This document shows positions 9,223-19,478 of a stretch of DNA of 64,000 bases, in pieces. The stretch is from the IMG/VR virus record IMGVR_UViG_3300037130_000236. One strand, 5' to 3'. The notes beneath the pieces were generated by a model. The model was given only the letters and a program-made list of their open reading frames with translations, was not told the origin of the DNA and searched no databases. The stretch is from a virus. Made by a program: the position numbers and the translations under genes. Within the stretch, counting starts at the first letter, position 1, and each line of letters starts with the position of its first letter.

Positions 9223-11832
9223 TCACAGCTTGGACCTGTACGCAGCCCTGGAGCCTGCCAGAGTGCCTCGTGCCGACTTGTCGGCCTTGTCCCTGGTAGC
9301 CGCTGCTTCGACCAGCCTGGTACGGTATTGCTGCTGTTCCCGGTCGGAACATTCGACCATCTGGCCAGACTTGTCCTCCAGCCGGTAGAAGATCGTTCCC
9401 TTCGTGCCGGTGATCTTGTTCTTGTCGATGATGACTTCGATGATCGGCTTCCTGATGGCGACCCGAGCTTGAACCCCATCAGGGTTCGTGACCGTTTCCA
9501 TCCATTCGGAAGACTCCCACCAGACGTCAACGTTGCTGGGAACGTCACACCAGTCCTGAAGCTGGTTGTAGACTCCGCAGTTGGCCTTGGCATCGAAAGA
9601 GAGGCCAGCCGATCCCTTCAGGTTCAGATACGTCGGGCGAGAACCCGGGCGCAACTGCTCCTTCGGAATCTCCATCGTGAACAAGGCGGTCGTGCGATTC
9701 GCTGCAACGATCTCCTCGTTGATGAAGCGAGACATGGCGCGAATGTAACCCTCGCCTGTCTCATTGGTGACCAGGCTGTACAGGTGGAAGTTGTCTCCGA
9801 CCACCAACAGTGCGTGATCGGGAAACTTCTTCCGCAGATCCTGAACCCACGACTTCAGACAGCCCAGGTCAGAAGGCAATATCGAGGGATCGACAACGAT
9901 CAGGCGCTCATCCTCATGCATCTTGCGATACCAGGCCTTGGCGGCGTGATAGCGTTCGTGGAAATCATCAGGTGCGATCTCCTGACCTTCCGGGTGGTTC
10001 ATGTAGTAACCCGGCCGGCGGAAACAGTCGCTTGGCATCCCTGTATAAGCACCCAGCAGGCGGTTGATGCGATCATTCATCGAGTCATCGACCGTGTGCA
10101 GGAGCATGATCAGGTCTTCATTGTTCTCAAGCAGCCCGATGATCTGGTTGTCGAGGACGATCGACTTGCCATGGTGAGGCTTGCCCGGATAGCAAAGCAT
10201 GGAGCCATACCGCGGGATGCCACCGAACATCTTGTCGAAGATCGGGTATCCCGTCCGCAACTCGTACTCAGTGATATTTCGCTCCTTCTGATCGAAGAGA
10301 ACGTCGATGGTTTTCAGCACCGATTCCGGGTTGTAGCCGATCTTCTTCTTGCTGAGGGTCTCAAGCTGCGCCGTGGCGGCAGCGAGGTGGGCCTCAATGT
10401 GGGCCGGGTCCTGGCGGAGCTTCTTGGCAACGGTATCGCCGATCAGCGACCGCTCCTCGTCCAGCCTCGCATCCTCCTTGTCCATCAGACGGAGGACTTC
10501 CTTCATCACGAAGTCTTCGTTGGTGTTAGTCCAGTGGGCCAATTGCCTGGCCTGACGCATCCTCAGGATGTTCGACGGCTCGTTGATAATCAGCGGAATC
10601 GTCGACTCGCAGATGGTAAACGGATCTTCTCCGGCTTCCCGTCTGCACTTCAGGCTCCAGGTAAACATGTCCAGACGTTCCAGTTTGCGCCAGGCGTCAG
10701 TTCCTTTCTCCAGGGTTTCGAACCGGCGAATGTACTCATCCGGATCTTTGACGCCATCGGGAGTGGTGATGACCTCCAACCGGGTGCCCACACTGCCACT
10801 GACCTCTTCGACCAGCTTGACGACCCGCTCCACTCCCTTCTTGCCAGCCTTGTCGTTGTCCATCCCGACGATGATGTGCCGCTTGCCAAGCGAGAGCAGA
10901 AGCTCCAGGTGCTCGCGGGTAAAGGCCGTGCCGCAGGTGGCCACTGTCCCCAGTTCACCACCGGCATACAGGGTCACACAATCAGGGTTTCCCTCTACCA
11001 CCGTGATTGGGCCATCGAACTTCTTGGCCAGATCCAGGTTGTAGAGCAGATTCCGCTTATTGAACAGCGTGCCTTCCTCACGGGTGTGGACGTACTTCTT
11101 GGCCTCCCGTTTGGTCTTGCCGGCATCGAAGTCGGCCTGGTGTTCAATGAACAGCAGGTCGCGCGCCGAGAAACCGATGGGCGAGCCATTGACATCCCGG
11201 ATGGTGTAGATCAGGGATTCCGGGCTGAAGATTCGGCTTGCATTGTGGTGCTCCCGGCTGTCGGCAAGGTCGCAACTTTGCAGCAGATCCAGCGAGTGCT
11301 TGTACTGCACCGTCATCCTGTGCAGATAGTCATCGTAGGACTTCACGGTGCCAATGCCCATCTTGTAGCGAAGGCCTTGATCCCAACGCAACTCGTGGAC
11401 TTTGTTCAGGACGATGGGAGGAAGCTCATTGTCCTTGACATGCCGAACGATTTGGTAGGCGTGCGAGTAGGCGGTGATGACTTCCATCTCCCGCAGCTCT
11501 TCCGTTGTCAGATCGGGCGCCTCAAACGGAATGTTGAATCGATCGGCCAGGTACTTGACCGTCTCGGTCACCCAGCCCGGGCCAGACGAAGGACGACCCT
11601 CCAACCAGACACAGAGATCGAAGATGTCGAAGGAAGTCTGACACGAGAAGCAGTAGCCCCGGTTGCTGGACCGGATGAGACCTGCTGAAGGGTGCTTATC
11701 CGGATGGTCCGGGTTGGGGCAAGAGAACCTCTTGCCGGTGTCGTAACCGCAAGCAGTCAGGTATTCCGTAATGTACATCGGCTCTTTGATCTGCGCGATT
11801 ACCTGATCGAGGGCCTGTCTACTACTGGTCAT
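9223..11832 (-). CDS. DNA primase-helicase fusion (CHC2 Zn finger, Toprim, DnaB-like helicase)
   Basis: CPNPDH...CFSC; VVEGNPD and MDNDKAG Toprim; GKPHHGKS Walker A; DnaB-like KNKITG. Confidence 0.9.
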   Translation of the reverse strand: MTSSRQALDQVIAQIKEPMYITEYLTACGYDTGKRFSCPNPDHPDKHPSAGLIRSSNRGYCFSCQTSFDIFDLCVWLEGRPSSGPGWVTETVKYLADRFNIPFEAPDLTTEELREMEVITAYSHAYQIVRHVKDNELPPIVLNKVHELRWDQGLRYKMGIGTVKSYDDYLHRMTVQYKHSLDLLQSCDLADSREHHNASRIFSPESLIYTIRDVNGSPIGFSARDLLFIEHQADFDAGKTKREAKKYVHTREEGTLFNKRNLLYNLDLAKKFDGPITVVEGNPDCVTLYAGGELGTVATCGTAFTREHLELLLSLGKRHIIVGMDNDKAGKKGVERVVKLVEEVSGSVGTRLEVITTPDGVKDPDEYIRRFETLEKGTDAWRKLERLDMFTWSLKCRREAGEDPFTICESTIPLIINEPSNILRMRQARQLAHWTNTNEDFVMKEVLRLMDKEDARLDEERSLIGDTVAKKLRQDPAHIEAHLAAATAQLETLSKKKIGYNPESVLKTIDVLFDQKERNITEYELRTGYPIFDKMFGGIPRYGSMLCYPGKPHHGKSIVLDNQIIGLLENNEDLIMLLHTVDDSMNDRINRLLGAYTGMPSDCFRRPGYYMNHPEGQEIAPDDFHERYHAAKAWYRKMHEDERLIVVDPSILPSDLGCLKSWVQDLRKKFPDHALLVVGDNFHLYSLVTNETGEGYIRAMSRFINEEIVAANRTTALFTMEIPKEQLRPGSRPTYLNLKGSAGLSFDAKANCGVYNQLQDWCDVPSNVDVWWESSEWMETVTNPDGVQARVAIRKPIIEVIIDKNKITGTKGTIFYRLEDKSGQMVECSDREQQQYRTRLVEAAATRDKADKSARGTLAGSRAAYRSKL

Positions 11833-12416
11833 GAGTCTTTCTCCGTGAGATAGCCGAGTACGCGAGCGAAATCCGTCTCATCGAAAACCACTACCCCGAC
11901 GCCATGCTGATTTCTCAGCACCAATCCGCCAATGGACATCTTGGCCCGAGTCGCATCCTGCCTGACCTTCGTCAGTTCAGACAGCAACACGACTGGGTTT
12001 TCTCTTTGGGACTGGAACTTGGTATCGAGGGTGATGAAGCCGGCCGCGACATGATCGCCGTCCTTATTCGAGCGGCCAGAGTTCTTGGTGGCGGTAATGT
12101 TGAGATGCTTCCCGGTTGCTTGCTCAGCAGCCTCAGCCCGTTGCAGAACCTTCTTCTTGCCGCGGTCCTTCTTTAGCCGGGTCTGCTGTGCATCCCGAGA
12201 CTTCTGCATTCGGGCGAGCGCCTTCTCGTGTTCCAGCACAGGATGGGCGCGCTGCTTGCTGCCGGTAAGGGCAATCCAGTAGCAGCGTTCCAATCCCGAG
12301 TCCTCATTACCCGGAGCGAGCCGGCAGAGGCAGCATTTGCCTCGTACCGGCCCAGCAAGGGTGTCCGAGTTCTTGCATCGGTTGGCGCCAAACTCACACG
12401 ACTCAGCGACGGGCAT
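11829..12416 (-). CDS. PD-(D/E)XK Holliday-junction-resolvase-like nuclease with N-terminal Cys cluster
   Basis: RAEAAEQ...NSGRSNKDGD...ITLDTK motif; N-terminal C-C-CCxC. Confidence 0.6.
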   Translation of the reverse strand: MPVAESCEFGANRCKNSDTLAGPVRGKCCLCRLAPGNEDSGLERCYWIALTGSKQRAHPVLEHEKALARMQKSRDAQQTRLKKDRGKKKVLQRAEAAEQATGKHLNITATKNSGRSNKDGDHVAAGFITLDTKFQSQRENPVVLLSELTKVRQDATRAKMSIGGLVLRNQHGVGVVVFDETDFARVLGYLTEKDS

Positions 12417-12419
12417 TGA

Positions 12420-13607
12420 CTAAGCCGCCTCAGCTTCTTGGAATTCCTCAGCCTCAGCTGCTGCCGCCGCCGCCTCGTCTCCGTGCTCAAAACCGACTTC
12501 AGGTGTTACATCCTCGCCATCGATCAGTTGCTTGATTCCGTCGAAGATGGAACGGTGCTCACCAATCAAATCACGATAAGAACTCAGTTCGCCCTGACAC
12601 TTCCAAGGGGCGCTCTTCTTCCGCTCATCGACATTCTTGCCCTCGCCGAGGATGTAAAACCATCCGCCGAACTTGGTGATGATGCCGACACGAAGCGCCT
12701 GCTTGAAATAGTCGTACTCCTTGGAGAACCCTTCACCGAAGATGTAATAGAGATCGGTATAGCGCCAGTTGGCGCCGAGCCTGTCCTTGACCAGCTTCAC
12801 ACGGGTGATGAACCCGTATGGGTCTTTGTCGCCCTCCGCCAGCTTGCCGATCACTTCCAATTCGAAGCGCAATGAGCTGTATCGAGGCACTGACTTACCG
12901 CCAGATGTCGAGTAGCTCACCATCGTTCCGCCGATGGATTTGTTTGCATGATTCAGCCAGCAAACATGTGAACGGCGGGTGGTGTTCTTGCGGAAAAAGC
13001 CCCTCATCTTCTTCGAGATGCCGCCGACCAGATCGTTATCGCTTGTCGTCTTGGCTGCGTCGGCTTCAGAGACCAATGCATCCACCGAATCGACAATCAA
13101 GAGATCGAACACGTTGGCTGCTTTGGCAATGAGGTCAAGCACAGCTTCCACATAGACCATCTCGGTCTCGCAGTCTTCCGCCTTGACTTTCACCTGCACC
13201 AGACGAACAGCATAAAGGCCCTTGGCTTCGGCTTCGGCCTTGTCGGTGATGAATCCCAGCTGCTTCAGATACGCAGCGGTCATGCTGCCTTCGATGTCGA
13301 GGATTCCCACGCGAAGACCCAGCAACTGCCAGGTCACACCGATGGCCAGAGCGAGACTGGTCTTGCCGGCATGCTCCTTCTTCGAATAGATCTCCGAATG
13401 GCGGCACTTGGGAAGCCCACAGTTGATGCCACGATCATCGATCGCATGATCCAGGCCGGGAAATCCGGTCGTGACGCACACGACATCGTTGTCGTATTCG
13501 TCCGCCAGCTTCAAGGCGTCGCCAAGACCCAGCGTGGCAAGCTGGGCCTCGAACGCATCATTGATGCCGACGGGCTCCTTCTCTTCCTTCTTCTTCCGTG
13601 GTGGCAT
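12420..13607 (-). CDS. recA: RecA-like recombinase
   Basis: TTGFPGLD, AGKTSLAL, ILDIEGS, LLIVDSVDAL, TSGGKSVPRYSSLRFEL; start MPPRKK at 13607. Confidence 0.85.
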   Translation of the reverse strand: MPPRKKKEEKEPVGINDAFEAQLATLGLGDALKLADEYDNDVVCVTTGFPGLDHAIDDRGINCGLPKCRHSEIYSKKEHAGKTSLALAIGVTWQLLGLRVGILDIEGSMTAAYLKQLGFITDKAEAEAKGLYAVRLVQVKVKAEDCETEMVYVEAVLDLIAKAANVFDLLIVDSVDALVSEADAAKTTSDNDLVGGISKKMRGFFRKNTTRRSHVCWLNHANKSIGGTMVSYSTSGGKSVPRYSSLRFELEVIGKLAEGDKDPYGFITRVKLVKDRLGANWRYTDLYYIFGEGFSKEYDYFKQALRVGIITKFGGWFYILGEGKNVDERKKSAPWKCQGELSSYRDLIGEHRSIFDGIKQLIDGEDVTPEVGFEHGDEAAAAAAEAEEFQEAEAA

Positions 13608-13614
13608 AGTGCTC

Positions 13615-14076
13615 CTAGTTGTTGGTTCCTTCCTCGATCCCGAGGAGTTTCTTGCAGAGGTTGACCCGGCTGTCCACAGACTTGACCAGGCCTTCGAGCC
13701 ATGTCTCCAGGCCGAGGAAACCAGCCAGGAGCCGCTTCTGATAGGCCTCGCGGTCGAAGTCAGAGATGCCCTTCTCGCGCTTGACAATGAAGTGATCGCT
13801 CTTGCAGTGCGAGACAAAGCAGGTGGCCAAGCCAAACCAGCGTGTGGTCCGTTCCCTCCAGCGTTCCACCGAAGTCATGTGGTCCAGCAGGTTGGCCACA
13901 TCATTGGACCGGACATCCAGACGCAGGAGCCGCAACAGCGGGTCTCCTGCCTCATAGATCGCATCCTCAAACTTGGCCATCTCCGCCATCAGCTCGGACT
14001 CTTTGGTGAGAGCCAGAATCTGCTGGACCCGACTGACAGGCATGACGGTTGGTTTGGGAAACTCGGCGCTAGCCAA
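13615..14076 (-). CDS. Hypothetical helical protein
   Basis: 153-aa ORF between Cas4-like nuclease and recA. Confidence 0.7.
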   Translation of the reverse strand: MASAEFPKPTVMPVSRVQQILALTKESELMAEMAKFEDAIYEAGDPLLRLLRLDVRSNDVANLLDHMTSVERWRERTTRWFGLATCFVSHCKSDHFIVKREKGISDFDREAYQKRLLAGFLGLETWLEGLVKSVDSRVNLCKKLLGIEEGTNN

Positions 14077-15346
14077 TCTCCACCTCCGCGCTGGTGTCCG
14101 ACAGAAGGCCCTGCAGATCGGTGATCAGATACTGCAACTCAGGGCGCGCTTCTTTAAGGCAATGACCAGCAACCGAACAGTAGCTGCATTGCCAGTCACC
14201 GAGGCGCTTGATCTTGTCCTTCTTGTAATCGTTGTACTTGGTCTTGCCGATGGCGCCATGCTCGAACAGCAGCTCGACACGAACCGGCGAATAGGACCAT
14301 TCGTACTCGGCCGGCGGCCAGAACGAGGAAGGCAGAAGACGGACTTCATCTTCCAGCAGCGTCAGGTAGTTGCTTTCAGCGATCAGGTCTTCCCGCGTCT
14401 TCTGAACGAAGCCTTCACCGTCAATTACATCCTGAGCACACAAAACCAGCTTCAGAGACGGCGGCGGAAGGATACCCTTCTGTGCCAGGTTCTGAGCGCC
14501 TTGAGCCCGCGCGCGAAACCAGTAGCCCTGCTGGGTCTTGTACCTGGAGTAGACCGACTCCATCGTGAAGATCTTGAACGGCACACCATCCACCTGCGGA
14601 TAGTGGAAGCCGTCGAAGTCCTGGTAGATCTCGATGGTGAATTCCTTGCGGCTTGCCGAGTCGCGGTCCACGTACAGCAGCTTCCCGCCGATCGGACCAT
14701 CGCTCATGCTCTTGACCATCTTCTTGTCGGCCTCGGAGCGGTTGCGATGCTCGAACACTTCGCCGTTCTTCTTGAAGTCACGGACCTTCTTGTCCAGAAC
14801 CTTGCGCTCGTCGAGCGACTTCTGGATCATGGCCTTCAGGCGCTTGCCGGTGCGGGCCTCGAGGATATACAGGCAAATCTGGATGAGGTTTTCCAGCTTT
14901 GGCTTGTTCATCGTCTCGATTTCCTTCTTCGCGTAGTAGCCGGAGTACGACTTGCACTCCAGAATCCAACCACGCTTGTCCACCGGATCGACGGCGATCA
15001 CATCGAACTCCAGAGACAAGGTGATGTCCCGGATGAAGTGCTTCACACCGTTGGCCGCATAGATTCCCGCCAGCTTGGCCTGGTCGGTCAGGCCCGACTC
15101 AATTGCGCGGCCCATGAGCCACTTCCAAGCGCCGGTGGCATCGGCAGGGTTGGTGACTGAGAAGCCCATCATTCGCATGAAGGATGCACGGTGGCACTTC
15201 CCGACGATATTGAAGAGAGTCTTGTCCACACGATCGGCCGAAGCCTCCGACGGCCACACAGCCGGTGTCTTGGAAGCATAGGGATCTCCCATCTCTTCCT
15301 TGACCAATGCAGGGTCAAGATACGAAAACACATTGAACGTTCCCAT
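14069..15346 (-). CDS. Cas4/RecB-like PD-(D/E)XK exonuclease
   Basis: WPSEAS...CHRASF, EFDVIA, ILECKS, QICLY, C-terminal CSYC...C (1+3 Cys Fe-S pattern). Confidence 0.75.
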   Translation of the reverse strand: MGTFNVFSYLDPALVKEEMGDPYASKTPAVWPSEASADRVDKTLFNIVGKCHRASFMRMMGFSVTNPADATGAWKWLMGRAIESGLTDQAKLAGIYAANGVKHFIRDITLSLEFDVIAVDPVDKRGWILECKSYSGYYAKKEIETMNKPKLENLIQICLYILEARTGKRLKAMIQKSLDERKVLDKKVRDFKKNGEVFEHRNRSEADKKMVKSMSDGPIGGKLLYVDRDSASRKEFTIEIYQDFDGFHYPQVDGVPFKIFTMESVYSRYKTQQGYWFRARAQGAQNLAQKGILPPPSLKLVLCAQDVIDGEGFVQKTREDLIAESNYLTLLEDEVRLLPSSFWPPAEYEWSYSPVRVELLFEHGAIGKTKYNDYKKDKIKRLGDWQCSYCSVAGHCLKEARPELQYLITDLQGLLSDTSAEVEIG

Positions 15347-15354
15347 GTTGCCAC

Positions 15355-15365
15355 CTTACTGTTAG
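15355..15365. promoter_or_regulatory. Candidate operator CTAAC-N-GTTAG (1 mismatch)
   Basis: CTTACTGTTAG 9 bp upstream of exonuclease start. Confidence 0.5.
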
Positions 15366-15405
15366 TTCGGTTGGGTACCAAAGCAATGCCCTGGCACCCG
15401 TCCGG

Positions 15406-17385
15406 TTACTTGTCCAACCCGCAGACTTCCCTGAGGTTCTTCTTGTCCCTCGCGGCTTCGCGCCATTCAGCCGGCACATAGCGAAGGTTGTCGACGTAGA
15501 GCAGCGCCAGATTCGTCATCCGCTCCACCTCATCGGTGTTGGGGATGATGTTGTCGAAGGCTGCATCCCAGTCGCTGAGAAAGACTCGCAGGTCATCCTT
15601 CTCGTCTGCCTTGCGCTCGGCCCTGATCGTTTCATCGAAGGCTGCCTGAAGGAGCTGCTCCATCTCGGCGCCCGTCCAGATCCGCTTCGGGTCATAGAGC
15701 AGCCGGCCAAGGCCAGCTTGCGGGTTATTCTTGGAAGCAATCAGATCATCGGCCAGGACAATCTTGTGCTTGTGGGTCTGCGACTTCAGGATGGCCCAGC
15801 GCCCCTTGGCATCCCCCTTGGCAGGCGGAAGCATCGGGATCTTGACGTCCATACGTCCGGCGCGGATCAACGCAGCATCCAGCAGTTCGGGGCGGTTGGT
15901 CGCCGCCAGGAACACGACCTTGCCGACGCGGCCGGGGTCCGAAAGCCAGGTCATCAATGAGTTGAAGACGCGAGCTGAGGTGCCTGAATCGCCTGCCGAC
16001 TGTCGTCCGCTGGAGAACACCGAATCAAGTTCGTCGCCGAAGACCACGCACGGGGCGGCAGCTTCGATCGCTTCGATCAGCTTGCGAGTATTGGATTCCG
16101 TCTCCCCAACCAGACCACCGAAGACCTTGCCGAAGTCAACAATGATGAAGTTGACGCCAGCCTCTTTGGCCAGAGCCCAGGCAGCCATCGTCTTGCCGGT
16201 CCCGGGCGGCCCGGTCATCAGGGCGCCGCGGGCGCAGAGCTTCTTGTTCCCCGACCGAAGCGGCTTGATGATCTTCCACTGGCAGAAGTCCTTGAAATGG
16301 TCATGGCCTCCGATCAACTCAAAGCCGAAGGACGGCTCCTTGATGTCGATCATGCCGCCGTACTCGTCCTCAAGCGCGCGCTTCTTGCGTTCCTGAACCA
16401 ATGGAAAGTCCACCGGCACCTGGTTGCGCCAGGAGTTCAAGATGACGTCCTTGATCTGGCGCCGATTCATTCCGGCAGACTGAAGAGCAAACTCCTGAAT
16501 GCTGAAATCACAGGCCAGGTCGATCCCGGTCACATTGGTGTTCTCGCCGATGGTCAGCGCACCGTCCTTTACAACCCGGTTCTTGATGTTGGTCTCGAAG
16601 TTGTTGAGCCATTCCAACCGGTCCTGCAGGTTCGGCTTCCGGACGATATGGCTGACAGCCAGCTCGCCGCGGATCGATTCATGAATATCGGACAGGTGCC
16701 GGGTCATCAAGATGATCCGATTCCGATCTCCAATCGCTTTGTCCTGGGCCCAGTTCCGGATGTTCACAATGGCGCCACGGTCGCATCCCAGGTTGGCGAT
16801 GTCGCCGCGCGGGAATAGGCTGTCGGAATCGGTAAACACCAGGGTCAGGCACAGCTCCCGCTGCAAAGCCTGGTCCTGTGTGAGCTTGATCTTGTTGTCA
16901 GTCAGGATCTTCTTCGAGATGGCGAACCAGTCATTGAGCAGCTTCATTGCCGCTTCCGGACTCTTGGGCTCGAAGTAGGTCTTGCCCATGTCTTCGATCA
17001 CGTCTTCGCCAAGCACCTGCTTGAAAGTCTCGATCCACATCGTCTTGCTCTTCGGATCGGGAAAATCCAGGCCAGTGGACGTGTTGTAGAAGGCCATAAT
17101 GCGGGTCTTCTGCGATACACGCCGGACCGACTGAATGCCGGCTTCCTTGTTGTCCGAGACCGCATTAGGATTGAGACTCTTCTGGATGTTGTCGTCGTAA
17201 CAGGAGGCCAACACCTTCCTGATCGGCAGGTCATTGCCGGCATTATCCACGAAGTCGTAGATGTTGCCGTGCAGGATGAAAACGTGGGAAATCTGTGCCT
17301 GATAGTCATCCGTGATGAGCCTGACAAAGTCAGGCACGCCGCGTTGCACTACCCGAGGGCTTTTAACTGTTGCTTTGGGAGGCAT
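15406..17385 (-). CDS. AAA+ ATPase (Ycf46-like architecture)
   Basis: GPPGTGKT Walker A, VVFGDELD Walker B, LAATNRPELLDAALIRAGRMD SRH; degenerate N-terminal domain with FILHGNIYD. Confidence 0.9.
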   Translation of the reverse strand: MPPKATVKSPRVVQRGVPDFVRLITDDYQAQISHVFILHGNIYDFVDNAGNDLPIRKVLASCYDDNIQKSLNPNAVSDNKEAGIQSVRRVSQKTRIMAFYNTSTGLDFPDPKSKTMWIETFKQVLGEDVIEDMGKTYFEPKSPEAAMKLLNDWFAISKKILTDNKIKLTQDQALQRELCLTLVFTDSDSLFPRGDIANLGCDRGAIVNIRNWAQDKAIGDRNRIILMTRHLSDIHESIRGELAVSHIVRKPNLQDRLEWLNNFETNIKNRVVKDGALTIGENTNVTGIDLACDFSIQEFALQSAGMNRRQIKDVILNSWRNQVPVDFPLVQERKKRALEDEYGGMIDIKEPSFGFELIGGHDHFKDFCQWKIIKPLRSGNKKLCARGALMTGPPGTGKTMAAWALAKEAGVNFIIVDFGKVFGGLVGETESNTRKLIEAIEAAAPCVVFGDELDSVFSSGRQSAGDSGTSARVFNSLMTWLSDPGRVGKVVFLAATNRPELLDAALIRAGRMDVKIPMLPPAKGDAKGRWAILKSQTHKHKIVLADDLIASKNNPQAGLGRLLYDPKRIWTGAEMEQLLQAAFDETIRAERKADEKDDLRVFLSDWDAAFDNIIPNTDEVERMTNLALLYVDNLRYVPAEWREAARDKKNLREVCGLDK

Positions 17386-17626
17386 TTGGTCCTGCCCATC
17401 CTTTCAGTGTGAGTTGACCGGGGCCATTCGTGGACGGCATGTCCCGAAGGAACCGATCGCGCGCGACATAGTGCTCGATGTACGCCTGCAGGGCCAAAGC
17501 CGAGTCAGGTTCAATCGTGATGCACTGCCGATAAACGGGATCGCTCTCAATACGTTCCATGTCAAGGGACACACGGGCTTCAACGTCGAGAGCGATCTCG
17601 AACAGGTCCTCTGGACCTCGAGCCAT
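17363..17626 (-). CDS. Hypothetical protein
   Basis: 87-aa ORF in operon. Confidence 0.6.
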   Translation of the reverse strand: MARGPEDLFEIALDVEARVSLDMERIESDPVYRQCITIEPDSALALQAYIEHYVARDRFLRDMPSTNGPGQLTLKGWAGPNASQSNS

Positions 17627-17634
17627 ACAACCTC

Positions 17635-17868
17635 TCAGTCTTGTTTGGGTGGAACGATCACTTCAAGACGAAGCTTCTTGATCTTGAGCCGGCCGGTGGA
17701 GATTCGAGGATCGAGGGCATCCAGAGGAGCAGCCTTCAGTTCCTTCTTGAAGAGCCGGACTGCTTCCTCTGCATTGTCTGCAACCTGATTCTTGAAGGCC
17801 GTGAATGGAACCTCGGCCACACCGGAGAATTCAACCCGGTACTCGTGGAATCTACGCTGCTTGGGCAT
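17635..17868 (-). CDS. Hypothetical protein
   Basis: Start MPKQRR at 17868 overlapping upstream stop. Confidence 0.6.
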   Translation of the reverse strand: MPKQRRFHEYRVEFSGVAEVPFTAFKNQVADNAEEAVRLFKKELKAAPLDALDPRISTGRLKIKKLRLEVIVPPKQD

Positions 17869-18436
17869 AGAAGTTCCTCCGGGCACGCAGGCTCCGAAGA
17901 ACTTCCAAAGCGTGCAATGCGCCATTCAGCCCGCCATGAGGCTTCTTCTCTTCCCCGATGCCGAGATGAATAGCAACCGGGTCCTTGCCGATCTTGGGCA
18001 GTGGGCCAAGCACACCCCAGGCGATGCTGGGAATGTCGATCAGGTGCCGCTCGAATGGACCGTACTCTTCCTGCGAACGATCAGCTTCCTGATGCGGAAA
18101 GTAGAACCGGATGGCTTCATTCACGAAGCCCCAGTCAAAGCGTGTGCTGTACGAAGCAAACACACCCTGCCGCCCAAAGGCGAAGAAGGAGAGCCAGCCG
18201 TTGCGCGGATCTACCGCATGGCGCCAACCCTCAGGGGTATAGCCGTTGACCTGAAGTGCGATCGGATTCGCCAGTTCGATATGGGCCGGCGCAATCTTGG
18301 CACTGAAGGTCGCTTCGATGTCCAGGCTGGCCTGGTCCACACGAACGGCACCGATGTCGATGACTTCGTGTACGAGTGGGTCGAGACCTGTTGTTTCCAG
18401 GTCCACGATCACCAGAGAGCGATCAATGAAATCCAT
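17852..18436 (-). CDS. DEDDh 3'-5' exonuclease (DnaQ-like)
   Basis: IVDLETTGLD...EVIDIG ExoI, RFDWGF ExoII, HGGLNG ExoIII-like (last Asp appears replaced). Confidence 0.8.
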   Translation of the reverse strand: MDFIDRSLVIVDLETTGLDPLVHEVIDIGAVRVDQASLDIEATFSAKIAPAHIELANPIALQVNGYTPEGWRHAVDPRNGWLSFFAFGRQGVFASYSTRFDWGFVNEAIRFYFPHQEADRSQEEYGPFERHLIDIPSIAWGVLGPLPKIGKDPVAIHLGIGEEKKPHGGLNGALHALEVLRSLRARRNFYAQAA

Positions 18437-18445
18437 AGTTCCTCG

Positions 18446-19126
18446 TTAGGCGCAGGCCAGCATCTGATCGTCAGGGCCTTCGTCTTTGTGGGAGTAGTCT
18501 TCGCACCCTTCTTTGCCGTCGATGGCGGTCAGAGAGTCAGGAAAGCCGGTGATCTGCACCAGCCCTGCTTCCGGGTCAACAACCATCTCGACGATGTTGG
18601 CGTGAAGATCCTTGGAGTTATACCGCGTCGACAGGAAGTGAACTTCCTGGTTCCGCGAACCACAAAGCGGTTTGTCGTCGCAACGTTGCAACTGGTTGTA
18701 GCGGCCGGCGATGATGAAGTCCATCTGCTTGAGAATCGCGTTGGACAGTTTGGCGTCACCGGGAATCATCGTGCGGAGTTCCGGATGCCACCATTTGAAC
18801 TTGCCATCCCGCAGCTCCTGCAGGGTGTATCCCGTGAAGGAACCGATAGACAGTTCCGGTCGGCGCTCTTTGATGAAGCTGATAAGCAGCTCCAAGGCCG
18901 GCGCCTGTTGGAAGGGCTCACCCCCGGAGAACGTCACACCTTCCACATTCTGGTTGAGAATCCAGTCGGCGAGTTCGCTGATGAGTATGTCCTTGTCTTT
19001 GACAAAAGGATGGGTCTCGGAGTTCCAGCATCCAGAACAAGCCAGGCTGCAACCCTGAACCCAAACCACAACACGTTCGCCCGGACCGTTGGCAGTGCTG
19101 TTTGCGATGCGATTGTGAATGTACAT
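18446..19126 (-). CDS. Radical SAM protein, NrdG/activase-like
   Basis: WVQGCSLACSGCWN CxxxCxxC, GVTFSGGEPFQQ, FTGY, GSRNQ. Confidence 0.85.
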   Translation of the reverse strand: MYIHNRIANSTANGPGERVVVWVQGCSLACSGCWNSETHPFVKDKDILISELADWILNQNVEGVTFSGGEPFQQAPALELLISFIKERRPELSIGSFTGYTLQELRDGKFKWWHPELRTMIPGDAKLSNAILKQMDFIIAGRYNQLQRCDDKPLCGSRNQEVHFLSTRYNSKDLHANIVEMVVDPEAGLVQITGFPDSLTAIDGKEGCEDYSHKDEGPDDQMLACA

Positions 19127-19134
19127 TGCTACTC

Positions 19135-19476
19135 CTAGCAGGGTCTGCCCAGCCCAAACGGATCGGGACCACCAAGGTCGATCACCGCCTGGCGAAGCTG
19201 ATAAGTTTGCCGCTTCAAAGTCATGACCTCGGTTGTCTTGATCTGTGCGCGCGTCATACAGTGCAGGCATTCGATGGCTTCAACCTCGAAAGCATGGGAC
19301 TTCGGATCGGTCTCCGTGAAGGTGACTACTCCGTTTTCCCATGCTTCCGTTCTCCTCACCTGGCTGTTGCCGTAGAGCACAAAGGTTGTTGACTTGCAGT
19401 TAGGACACTGAATGTTCCGAGGGTCGATGTCCTCCGCACTTACGTCCTGCTCCATCATCACGATGGAACTTGCCAT
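19135..19476 (-). CDS. Zinc-ribbon hypothetical protein
   Basis: CPNC...CLHC. Confidence 0.7.
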   Translation of the reverse strand: MASSIVMMEQDVSAEDIDPRNIQCPNCKSTTFVLYGNSQVRRTEAWENGVVTFTETDPKSHAFEVEAIECLHCMTRAQIKTTEVMTLKRQTYQLRQAVIDLGGPDPFGLGRPC

Positions 19477-19478
19477 GT

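Noticed and set aside
14069-15346. CRISPR-Cas system suggested by Cas4-like proteins
   Set aside because: No repeat-spacer array or cas1/cas2 was seen; stand-alone Cas4-like exonucleases are common in phage recombination modules.
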